64,000 nt of DNA from the NCBI GenBank assembly GCA_903844155.1, contig CAIMSU010000332.1:3856-67855 (forward strand), written 5' to 3'. Made by a program: the position numbers and the translations under genes. Source of the stretch: an uncultured Pseudomonadota bacterium. GTDB taxonomy: Bacteria; Myxococcota_A; UBA796; SXON01. Under the pieces are notes generated by a model. It had not been told where the DNA came from. It saw nothing but the letters and a program-made list of their open reading frames with translations, and made no database searches. Positions 17,519-26,151 of the stretch are shown piece by piece. Every line of letters starts with the position of its first letter. The first letter of the stretch is position 1.

Positions 17519-18678
17519 CCCGTCAGCGCTGGCGGTGGGGGGTCGCTGTTGCCCTGCTTGCGGTGTTGGCGGTCGGCGGCGCGGAGGCGAAGGTCGTCCA
17601 TCACAAAAAGAGCACGACCGTCGTGCCGATCTCCGCGAGCACGGAGGTGCCGGAGATGCGGGTGCATTTCCTGAACGTGGGCCAGGGGGCGTCCACCCTG
17701 ATTGAGTTTCCGTGCGGGGTGATGCTGGTCGACACGGGCGGCGAGCTCGACAAGGACTTCGACAGCAACGCCGCCTTGCAGGCCTACCTCGATGCCTTTT
17801 TCGCCCGTCGGACGGATCTGAACAAGACGATCGACCTGCTCTGGTTCACGCACCCGCACATCGACCACGTTCGCGGGGCGGCGACGGTTTTGAACAACTA
17901 CACCGTCAAGAACATCGTCGATGACGGGTACAAGGCGACCCAGGCGGACGCCGTCGTCTCCGTCGGCCTCGTCCGCGATTTTGTCGACAACCATGCCGAG
18001 GTTCACTACCAGGCCGTCGCAACGGACGATTTCGCGTCCGACGGCTCCGGCCTGACCTCCGCGGTCATCGACCCATTCCCCACGTGCAAGGGGGCGGATC
18101 CGAAGATCCAGGCGCTATGGGGCCAGCTCCGCTCGGACCCCGGCTGGGGTCAGGACGACTACGGCAAGGATCGCTTCGCCAACGCCAACAACCACAGCGT
18201 CGCGGCGCGCGTCGACCTCGGCAAGTCGAGCCTTTTGATCACGGGCGACATGGAGCTGCCCTCCATCGCCATGCTCCTTGACTCCCGGAAGCCCGAGCTG
18301 CTGGACGCGGACATCTACGAGGTTGGCCATCACGGGTCCGCCAACGGCACCACCGCGGACCTGTTGCGCGCCGTCACGCCCTCGTGGGCAGTCATGGAGG
18401 TTGGACCATACGATCGCAAGTCGAGCTGGACGGCGTGGGCGTACGGGCACCCGCGCGAGGGCACGATCGACCTGCTGGAGGCCGGGGTCACCGGCTTGCG
18501 GCCGAAGGAGTCCGAGGAGGTGGGGACCGGGGTGAAGTCGTTCATCCCGGAGGACATCGAGAAGGCGATCTATGCGACGGGATGGGACGGATCGCTGGTG
18601 CTCGACGCGAAGGCGGATGGGACGATCACCCTCGGGAAGGTCGACCTGGCGCAGCCGGCGCATCCGGAGCCGGGGTAG
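17515..18678 (+). CDS. Exported metallo-beta-lactamase-fold protein, ComEC C-terminal-domain-like
   Basis: The GTG at 17515 overlaps the upstream stop. N-terminal hydrophobic segment (VAVALLAVLAVGGAEA). Motifs VHFLNVGQGAS, MLVDTGG, HPHIDHVRG (HxHxDH) and EVGHHGS, as in the ComEC/Rec2 MBL domain. Confidence 0.78.
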   Translation: MTRQRWRWGVAVALLAVLAVGGAEAKVVHHKKSTTVVPISASTEVPEMRVHFLNVGQGASTLIEFPCGVMLVDTGGELDKDFDSNAALQAYLDAFFARRTDLNKTIDLLWFTHPHIDHVRGAATVLNNYTVKNIVDDGYKATQADAVVSVGLVRDFVDNHAEVHYQAVATDDFASDGSGLTSAVIDPFPTCKGADPKIQALWGQLRSDPGWGQDDYGKDRFANANNHSVAARVDLGKSSLLITGDMELPSIAMLLDSRKPELLDADIYEVGHHGSANGTTADLLRAVTPSWAVMEVGPYDRKSSWTAWAYGHPREGTIDLLEAGVTGLRPKESEEVGTGVKSFIPEDIEKAIYATGWDGSLVLDAKADGTITLGKVDLAQPAHPEPG

Positions 18679-20662
18679 GCGCGCGGACTGTCGGCAAACG
18701 GGCTTTCCACCACTCGAATGTGGCGTCCGTGGGCGCCCGGTAGGCCATGCACATTCGCGTGCCCATGGCGAGCAGCAGGCGAGCGGGCTCGGGCGAGCTT
18801 GCGGCGGCCTTCGCGTGGAACCCGCCGCCCACCCAGTTCAGGCTCGGCGCCGGCAACGGGATCTCCGCGACCTGCCGCGCGCTGAGCTTGATGGCATCGG
18901 TCGAGAGCGCCACGCCGGCGTACCGGGCGAGCGCCCAGGCCGAGACCGGCGGGGCGAGCAGGACGGCCAGCACGCGCCAGAGATCGGCGGGGTCGTTCGG
19001 GATGACCGTGATCGTCGGAACAGCGTTGAGCACGATGCCATCGGGATCGGCGAAGGCTTCGAGGACGCGGGTCTGGGTCGCCAGGACGATCTTCGGGACC
19101 AATCGGGTGGCGGCCCAGGCGCGCATCGACGGGCTCAGGCGGGCGAGGTCCACGCGGGGGCGCTCGTAGCGCACGCCCGCGTAGGTCCCGCCGCGCACGC
19201 CCCAAAGGGAACGTCCAACATCGATCATCCCGGTCACCACCAGGCGAGGGAACTCGCGCTCGTCCATCCCGTCCACGTGCTCGACGATGCAGCCGGCCAG
19301 GCCGTAGTACTGGTCGCGAAAATCGGCGGTTGTCCGGGCGATGTCGCCGAGGACGCGGTGGGGGCCGGCGGGGAGGGGGAGGTGGACGGCCGGGACGCCG
19401 AGCAGGTCGGCGACGAGGTGGCCCCAGGTCGGAGCGTCGGCGATTGCCTCGTGGCCGGCGAGAAGGGGCGCGGCCGGCTCAAAGTCGTTGCCGAACGCCC
19501 GACGGATGCCCATCTGGGTTCCGCGGAAGACCTCCAACGCGACGACGCAAACACGCACGTCTGCGTCCGGGAAGATGCGGTCGGTGGTCAGCCAGACGCT
19601 CCAGAACCGGGCGCGCTCGGTCAGCCGCTTGCGCGCGGGCTCGGCGTCCTTCGCGGCGAGCAGGGAGAGCGGGGTGACCAGCGCGACCCGGCCGCGGGGT
19701 CGGGCGAGGTCGACCGCGCGGAGGACGAAGAGCGTGGCGACGTCGGTGTAGGCGCGTCGGGCTGCGCCGAAGCGGGCCTGGAGCCGGGCGGCGGTTTCCC
19801 GGTCGACGGTCGTGTCCGCGCCAAGCTGGTTGAGGTAGGGCGGGTTGCCGACGACGGCGTCGAACCCCTCGCCGATGTCGGAGAATGGCGGGTCGTCGAG
19901 GAGTCCGTCCGCCCACTGTACCCGCGCCTCGAAGCGGTCGACGGGGACGGTCGGGTCGCCGAGCGCCAACCAGAGAACGGCCCTGCAGACGGCGATGGCG
20001 ACCGTATCGGTGTCCATGCCGTACAAGCCGCTCGCACCGTCTGCGCCGAGCCGTCGCAGCGCGGCGAGCAGGAAGTTGCCGGTTCCACAGGCGGGGTCGA
20101 GGACGGTGAACGCCCCGGCCCGGAGCCTGATGCCTTCGGGAAGGGAAGAAACTCCGGTTTCATCAAGAATATGCTCGACGAGCGCGGGCGGCGTGTAGTA
20201 GCTCCCCGAGCGCCGCCGGGCCCCATCGCCTGTTTCGGGCTCCACGAGCACAAAGGGGCCCTCGAACCGGGGGACGAGGCCGAGGATCGCCTCCCACGCC
20301 GCGCCGAGGCGCTCGGGCGGACCGTCACAGTCGGCGTCAAAGGGGCCGAAGACGCGGGCGTAGCGCTCGTCGCCGAGCGGGTCTGAGCCTCCGGGGCCAT
20401 CGAGCAGCTCGCAGCCGTTCAGTCGGAAGATGCTGAAGATGTCGCCGGCGCCCGGAAGTCGGGTGACCGCCGCGCGGAGCTGCCCGCGGGAGACGCCGGC
20501 GGGCAACAGACCCGACCGCCGCAACACCCAATACAGCGCGACGAAACGGAACAGTTCCTGCACCACCGCCCGCCCTTGCGCGTGCGCCCGTGCCAGCGCG
20601 AGGATGCGCTCGCCCCCGACGACATTCCCCGGCGCCAGGCACTCCGCTCCCAGCCGCTCCAT
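18626..20662 (-). CDS. Gamma-class N6-adenine DNA methyltransferase (Eco57I/TaqI-like family), solitary
   Basis: Motif X-like GSYYTPPALVEHIL, motif I VLDPACGTGNFLLAA and motif IV VVGNPPYL. A long C-terminal region is consistent with a target-recognition domain. The ATG at 20662 is preferred over the TTG at 20740 because the upstream codons have lower GC3. Confidence 0.82.
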   Translation of the reverse strand: MERLGAECLAPGNVVGGERILALARAHAQGRAVVQELFRFVALYWVLRRSGLLPAGVSRGQLRAAVTRLPGAGDIFSIFRLNGCELLDGPGGSDPLGDERYARVFGPFDADCDGPPERLGAAWEAILGLVPRFEGPFVLVEPETGDGARRRSGSYYTPPALVEHILDETGVSSLPEGIRLRAGAFTVLDPACGTGNFLLAALRRLGADGASGLYGMDTDTVAIAVCRAVLWLALGDPTVPVDRFEARVQWADGLLDDPPFSDIGEGFDAVVGNPPYLNQLGADTTVDRETAARLQARFGAARRAYTDVATLFVLRAVDLARPRGRVALVTPLSLLAAKDAEPARKRLTERARFWSVWLTTDRIFPDADVRVCVVALEVFRGTQMGIRRAFGNDFEPAAPLLAGHEAIADAPTWGHLVADLLGVPAVHLPLPAGPHRVLGDIARTTADFRDQYYGLAGCIVEHVDGMDEREFPRLVVTGMIDVGRSLWGVRGGTYAGVRYERPRVDLARLSPSMRAWAATRLVPKIVLATQTRVLEAFADPDGIVLNAVPTITVIPNDPADLWRVLAVLLAPPVSAWALARYAGVALSTDAIKLSARQVAEIPLPAPSLNWVGGGFHAKAAASSPEPARLLLAMGTRMCMAYRAPTDATFEWWKARLPTVRAPTPAPDAPAAPGRPSRG

Positions 20663-20811
20663 CGCCCGTCGGAATGCATCGCTGGTGCTGGGTTTCAACG
20701 CGTGGTGCCCGGTCGGCCGAATACCACGAATCGCCGGCAAAATCGCACCGGCCCTTGCTTTTGGGGGGTGTAAGGCGCTATTGTGGGTCTGTACGCCCGG
20801 AGCCTTTGCCC

Positions 20812-22530
20812 ATGTTCACGATGATGTCCGCCTCGCTCGCCGTCTTGAGCATGTCGACCCCCGCGCACGCCGGGGACTGGCCGGCCGGGGCGACCGTTCC
20901 CCAGGCGGCTACCGTGGACATCACGCCCGAGGGCTTTCAGGCCATCGCGGCGCTGATTCCCGCGTTGATCCCCAGCAACATCGCGATTCCGGAGACGGGG
21001 GCCTCCGGTGGCTACTGGTGCTTTGACTACATGTACGATCTCGCCGGCGGCTGGGTCGGTGTGCAGGTCACGGACGCGACGATCACCCCCGGCGACGGCG
21101 TGCTGGACATCAACGCGGATCTGCTGGTCAACGTGAACGATTCCAGCGATCCCTTTGATTTGTCCTACGAGATCCTCTGCTCGTCCGGCGACTGCGGCGG
21201 CTACGTCACCCCCTTCGCCGTCCACTTCTCCACGACCATGGCCCTCGCGGTCGTCGACAACGGCGACGGGACCACGTCCGTCGACGCGACCGTCGGCACC
21301 CCCGTCGTGACCTACGACCTCACGAACGACAACATCGTGCTGGATTGCTGGGTGCAGGACCTCGAAAATGTGCTGAGCTACTTCGGTCTGTCGCTCTACC
21401 AGCTCATCATCGACCAGGTCTCGGGTCAGCTCGACAGCACCATCGCCAACCTCGGCCCCACGCTTGAGACTGCCATTGAAAGCGCGTTTGCCTCGGCGAA
21501 CATCCAGCAGGATCTCAGCCTCAACGGCGTCACCGCGCACGTCCACTTCTACCCGTCCGACATCACGATCGACCCGACCGGCGTGCGGCTGACGATGGCG
21601 GGCTCGATGAGCGCGGACGCCGCGAGCTGCATCGCCGCCTACGACCCCGGCACGTCGCTAAAGACCGAGTCCTCGCCCCCGGATCTCGGCGTGGCGCCCT
21701 CCGGCGTCGACTCGCCGTTCCACCTCGGCATCTCGCTCTCGGACGACTTTGCCAACGAGGCGATGTACGCGCTGTGGCGTGGCGGATTGCTCTGCTACAA
21801 CCTGGCTCCGGACAACAGCACGTTCCCGCTGGACACGTCGGTCCTGAACCTGCTGACCGGCCAGGCGTTCGCCGACCTGTACCCGGAGAGCGAGCCGATG
21901 TCGCTCAACACGGTGCCGCGGGCCGCGCCGACGGTCAGCTACACGGGCACCCATCCGATCGACGTGAACCTCAACAACCTCGATCTGGACATGAACGCCG
22001 AGCTTGACGGCCGGATGTCCCGCATGATCGCGGTGACCCTGAACGGGCCCGTTGGCGTCACGCCGACCCTCGACGGTAGCACGGGCAGCCTGGCCATCGC
22101 GTTGGACGTGAACCCGGCGAACCTCAACCCCACCGTGACCTACAACGAGTTCTACCCGGACGCGAATTCCACGATCGAGGCCAGCTTTGGCACCTCGCTC
22201 TCGGGCGTGCTGGACACGGTGCTGGGCAGCCTGTTGAGCGGGCTGCAGTTCGCGATCCCGAGCTTCAGCGGGATCGGGCTCCAACAGCTTGAACTCGCCC
22301 CCGCTGGCACCAACCAGGACTGGCTTGGCGCGTACGCGTGGATTGGCGCGGTCACCTACACCAGCAGCAGCGGGTGCGGTGGGTGCGGCGGGAGCGACTC
22401 GGGCGGTGATTCCGGAGCGAGTAGCTCGTCAAGCTGCGGCGGTGGCTGCGCGACGGGCGGGATTCCTGCAGCGTGGTCGCTCGTGGTGCCGTTCGGGCTG
22501 CTGCTCGGCTTGCGTCGCCGCGGGGAGTGA
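20812..22530 (+). CDS. Secreted protein with MYXO-CTERM-type C-terminal sorting signal
   Basis: ATG at 20812 with a signal peptide (MFTMMSASLAVLSMSTPAHA). The C-terminus is a Cys/Gly/Ser tract (GCGGCGGSDSGG...CGGGCATGG), then a hydrophobic helix and an RRRGE tail. Confidence 0.78.
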   Translation: MFTMMSASLAVLSMSTPAHAGDWPAGATVPQAATVDITPEGFQAIAALIPALIPSNIAIPETGASGGYWCFDYMYDLAGGWVGVQVTDATITPGDGVLDINADLLVNVNDSSDPFDLSYEILCSSGDCGGYVTPFAVHFSTTMALAVVDNGDGTTSVDATVGTPVVTYDLTNDNIVLDCWVQDLENVLSYFGLSLYQLIIDQVSGQLDSTIANLGPTLETAIESAFASANIQQDLSLNGVTAHVHFYPSDITIDPTGVRLTMAGSMSADAASCIAAYDPGTSLKTESSPPDLGVAPSGVDSPFHLGISLSDDFANEAMYALWRGGLLCYNLAPDNSTFPLDTSVLNLLTGQAFADLYPESEPMSLNTVPRAAPTVSYTGTHPIDVNLNNLDLDMNAELDGRMSRMIAVTLNGPVGVTPTLDGSTGSLAIALDVNPANLNPTVTYNEFYPDANSTIEASFGTSLSGVLDTVLGSLLSGLQFAIPSFSGIGLQQLELAPAGTNQDWLGAYAWIGAVTYTSSSGCGGCGGSDSGGDSGASSSSSCGGGCATGGIPAAWSLVVPFGLLLGLRRRGE

Positions 22531-22566
22531 CGGGGCGTTAGCCGGTCTCCCCTCACGGAGTCCGGC

Positions 22567-23658
22567 TTGGCCATCGATACGCGCGTTCCCGTCACCGTCC
22601 TGACCGGCTTCCTCGGCGCCGGAAAGACGACGCTGCTCAACCGCATCCTCACCGAAAACCACGGTGCCGGGCGGATCGCCGTCATCGAGAACGAGTTCGG
22701 TGAGATCGGCATCGATCGGGCGTTGCTGACTGGGAAGGCCGTTTCGGCGACGGAGGAGGTGTTCGAGATGAACAACGGCTGCCTGTGCTGCACCGTCCGC
22801 GGCGACCTCATCCGCATCCTCGGCAGCCTGATGAAGCGGCGCGACAAGTTCGACCGCATCCTCATCGAGACCACTGGGCTCGCGGATCCCGCGCCCGTCA
22901 TCCAGACGTTCTTCATGGACGAGGCGCTCAAGGAGCAGCTTCGGCTCGACGGCGTCGTCACCGTCGTCGACGCGCGGCACGTCCATCTCCACCTGCCGGA
23001 CGAGCACGAGCACGGGCCGGATTGCCACCACGATCACGACCATGGGCACGCGCACGAGGAGCACGGCGGCGATGAACATGGCGGTGCCCAGCACGACGAG
23101 GACGGGCACGCCCACGCCAACGAGTGCGAGCAACAGATCGGCTTTGCGGACGTGATCCTGCTGAACAAGGTCGATCTGGTCGACGCCGCCCAGCTCAAGC
23201 GCGTGCAGGCGCGCGTCCGCGAGATCAACCCGATGGCGCGGCTGCTGCACAGCAAGTTCGGCGACGTCCCCGTGCAAAAGGTGCTCGACATCGGCGGTTT
23301 TGACCTGGAGCGCGCGTTGGAGATGGACCCCGGCTTCCTCAAGGAGTCGACCCACCACCACGACTCGGAGATCGGCTCCGTCAGCATCGTCCTTGACGGG
23401 TCGCTCGAGCCCGCGCTGTTCCAGCCGTGGATCGACGTGCTGCTCCGGGAGCGTGGGACGGACATCTTCCGGTCCAAGGGCATCCTCTCGATCGCCGGAA
23501 ACCCGCTGCGGGCCGTGTTCCAGGGCGTCCACATGCTGTTTGAGATGGCCGACGGCGCGGCGTGGGAGGCGAGCCCGCGTCGATCGCAGCTCGTGTTCAT
23601 CGGCCGCAACCTCGACAAGCAGGTGCTGACGGCTGGCCTGACCGCGTGCCTGGCGTGA
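22567..23658 (+). CDS. COG0523 (CobW/ZigA/YjiA-like) GTPase metallochaperone with His-rich insert
   Basis: P-loop GFLGAGKTTLLN, metal-binding CLCCTVRGDL, and a His-rich stretch HLPDEHEHGPDCHHDHDHGHAHEEHGGDEHGG. TTG start. Confidence 0.88.
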   Translation: MAIDTRVPVTVLTGFLGAGKTTLLNRILTENHGAGRIAVIENEFGEIGIDRALLTGKAVSATEEVFEMNNGCLCCTVRGDLIRILGSLMKRRDKFDRILIETTGLADPAPVIQTFFMDEALKEQLRLDGVVTVVDARHVHLHLPDEHEHGPDCHHDHDHGHAHEEHGGDEHGGAQHDEDGHAHANECEQQIGFADVILLNKVDLVDAAQLKRVQARVREINPMARLLHSKFGDVPVQKVLDIGGFDLERALEMDPGFLKESTHHHDSEIGSVSIVLDGSLEPALFQPWIDVLLRERGTDIFRSKGILSIAGNPLRAVFQGVHMLFEMADGAAWEASPRRSQLVFIGRNLDKQVLTAGLTACLA

Positions 23659-24671
23659 GACCCGTTCGTGGGGTGCCGGTCGCGACGCTGAAGGAGAACC
23701 TCGCGGCGATGGCATGGTCGCCGGACGGCGCTGCGCTCGCGTGGATCGATCTGGACGGTGCCATCGGCGTGCTGCGCGGCGGGGCGGTGAAGCGCTTCCA
23801 GACCGAGCCGGGTCCGCTGTGCCTCGCCTGGTCGCCGGACAGCCGCCGGTTCCTGACCGGTGGTGAGGACGGGGTCGCGCGGATCCTGGACGTAGCCGAC
23901 GGGAGCGTGACCGAATTCGGCGTGGGCGAGGCGACGACGCCGGGATCCGCGTGGATCTCTGGCGCGGTCTGGGGACCGACCTGCATCGCGCTTGCGGTCG
24001 GTCGTCGGGTGGAGCTGCGGGCGCCCGACGGCGCTTTGAAGGGCGAGCCGACGGTGTTTTCAGCGACCGTCAGCGCGCTGGTCCGCGATCCCGCCCGCGA
24101 CGGATTCATCGCCACCGCCTACGGCGATGCCGTCGCCATTCCCGCGCTCTCCGGCGCCGTCCGCCGCTTTACGATGAAGGGGTCGATCCTCGCCGCCGCG
24201 CCATCGCCCGACGGACGCTACGTCGCCCTCGGCTGCCAGGATTCGTCCGCCATGATCTGGCAGCGCAACCTCGCGGACGGGGCGGATGCGGAACCTCTCC
24301 GGATGGGCGGATTCCCCGGGAAGGTCCTGCACCTTGCCTGGGGCGACGGGCCGACGCTCCTGACCGCGGGTGGCGACGCGCTGGCCTGCTGGAGCTTCGC
24401 GGGGCGCGGGCCCGCGGGGGCTGACGGCGAGGGACTGCCCGGTCACGCTGGCCGCATCCTCGCGGTGCAGACGGCTCGCCGCGGTCGCGTGATGGTGAGC
24501 GTTGGCGAGGAGGGTGCGACGTCGCGGGTGATCTGCTGGGGCTATCGGCGGTCCTGGGAGCCGTTGGCGTCGGTGCAGGTGCCCGTCTCCACCCTCGCCT
24601 TGCGGGCGGACGGGCTGGGTTTTGCGGTGGCGGGCGAGACCCTCACCGTGATGGAATTCCCGCAGGGCTGA
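23655..24671 (+). CDS. WD40-like beta-propeller repeat protein
   Basis: The GTG start overlaps the COG0523 stop (GTGA). Repeated units such as LAWSPDGAALA, LAWSPDSRRFLTGGEDG and PSPDGRYVALGCQDSSAMIW. Confidence 0.7.
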   Translation: MRPVRGVPVATLKENLAAMAWSPDGAALAWIDLDGAIGVLRGGAVKRFQTEPGPLCLAWSPDSRRFLTGGEDGVARILDVADGSVTEFGVGEATTPGSAWISGAVWGPTCIALAVGRRVELRAPDGALKGEPTVFSATVSALVRDPARDGFIATAYGDAVAIPALSGAVRRFTMKGSILAAAPSPDGRYVALGCQDSSAMIWQRNLADGADAEPLRMGGFPGKVLHLAWGDGPTLLTAGGDALACWSFAGRGPAGADGEGLPGHAGRILAVQTARRGRVMVSVGEEGATSRVICWGYRRSWEPLASVQVPVSTLALRADGLGFAVAGETLTVMEFPQG

Positions 24672-24672
24672 T

Positions 24673-26012
24673 GTGCTGTACGACATCGAACTCTTCCGCG
24701 GCGAGCGTGAGATCCCCACCCCGATCCCCTCGGAGGAGGTGTACGCGGCGCTTGTTCAGCGCCACGGCGCCGTTCGGAGCGGCGCTGCGGCACGGCTCGG
24801 TGAGGCGCTGGCCACGCGGGTGATCGAGGAGGTTCAGGGCGCGGAGTTCACCGTTGCCACGGCCCCGATGGTGTACGCACCGACCCGGCGCTGCGCCCCT
24901 TCGTTCGAGTTCCGCGGCGCCGGGCGTGCGCACACACTTCTCGTCCGCGTCCGAAGGGCGGCGGGCGTGACCGGGAAGGGACTCGCAGCGCTCGTCATCG
25001 GCATGAGTGTCTGCTCGGCCGTGGGCTGCACGACCCCAGCAGGCCGCCCCAAGTCCACGGAAAATGACCATTCGGAACCAGCAATGCGGACTCATCGGTG
25101 GATTCGGCACCAACCGACAGCGCCACCGACTCCGGCCCCGCGGGGACTGTGTGGTCCTTCCTGGATTGTGGCTGGGAGAGTTGTTGCGCGCTGACCCCTG
25201 ATGGCCAGATGGCGTGCTGGGGGGTTGACCCGGAGGCGGGGACGTATGACATTCCCGCAGGGAGCTTCGTTGACGTGACGATGGATGCGGGGGGCGGGTG
25301 CGCGATCGATGATGCTGGGTGCGTGGTGTGCTGGGGTCCTGAGAACCACTCGGATCCGCCGACTGGCGCCTTTTCGCAGGTGCAAATAATCGGGGACGGC
25401 GGCTGCGCGCTGGATTCCGGCTCCGAACTCCGGTGCTGGGGCTCGGGGTACCCTGCGGATGGAAGCGACGTCGTGCCGGCACCGACCGGGACGCCGTTTG
25501 CCAAGCTCGGAGGAGGGGGGGCGATGCAGTGTGCCTTGAACTCGACCGGAACCGTGCAGTGCTGGGGCGACGCGCAGTATTTCGAGGGCGGCGAGAACCC
25601 CTACACCGGCGTGGACTACACCATGCCCCCAACGGACAGCGGGTACGCCTCCATCTCCTGCGGCGGCACCCATTGCTGCGTCCTCGATCCCGCAGGCTAC
25701 CCGACCTGTTGGGGGGGGGGATTTCATCCCGACTGAACCTGCAACAAGCGGGGGCGCAGCCGGGACGCCCACCACGTCCCAGTTCCTGAACATCAGCGGG
25801 GGTTCCGATTCAGAGTGTGGGGTGGAGCTCGACGGGAAGACCGCGTACTGTTGGGGGGGGATGAGTGGGGGCCCATGGCCTACACGATGGATGCGCCGGA
25901 GGGCGACCCGTGGGTGGACTACGAGAAGGCGACGTACGGGGGGGCCGGGTTGACGGTCTCGGGCGCTGTGCTCGGGAGCGGGGATGGGGAGAACCCGCCG
26001 GCTGGGCCTTGA
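24673..26012 (+). pseudogene. RCC1-like repeat protein, reading frame interrupted (apparent shift near 25068-25097, then compensating shifts at G10 25711-25720 and G8 25853-25860)
   Basis: High GC3 and the repeat motif C.L...G...CWG continue across three ORF-track fragments (24673..25194, 25098..25736, 25815..26012) and an unlisted frame between the two poly-G runs. That unlisted segment reads ...DFIPTEPATSGG...SECGVELDGKTAYCWGG. Confidence 0.5.
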
Positions 26013-26151
26013 TGGCTGGCCATCCCGGACCGCGCGCACGCCTGGGTGATCTCGACGGGATTGCGCCCGCGTCTGCACGTGACTTCGGGTCGACCTCGGA
26101 CGATCGTGCGGCGCGCAGGACCCCGGTCCGCGTCGAGCCCGCCGGGCCCTA

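Noticed and set aside
18572-20386. 604-aa plus-strand ORF
   Set aside because: It is antisense to the DNA methyltransferase, which has motifs I, IV and X, and it has no motifs of its own.
20663-20740. TTG-initiated N-terminal extension of the methyltransferase
   Set aside because: Its codons show noticeably lower GC3 than the rest of the gene, and an ATG at 20662 gives a plausible start. It is kept only as an alternative.
25815-26012. 65-aa ORF as an independent gene
   Set aside because: It continues the RCC1-like repeat pattern from the adjacent frames and is better explained as the 3' part of the frameshifted gene.
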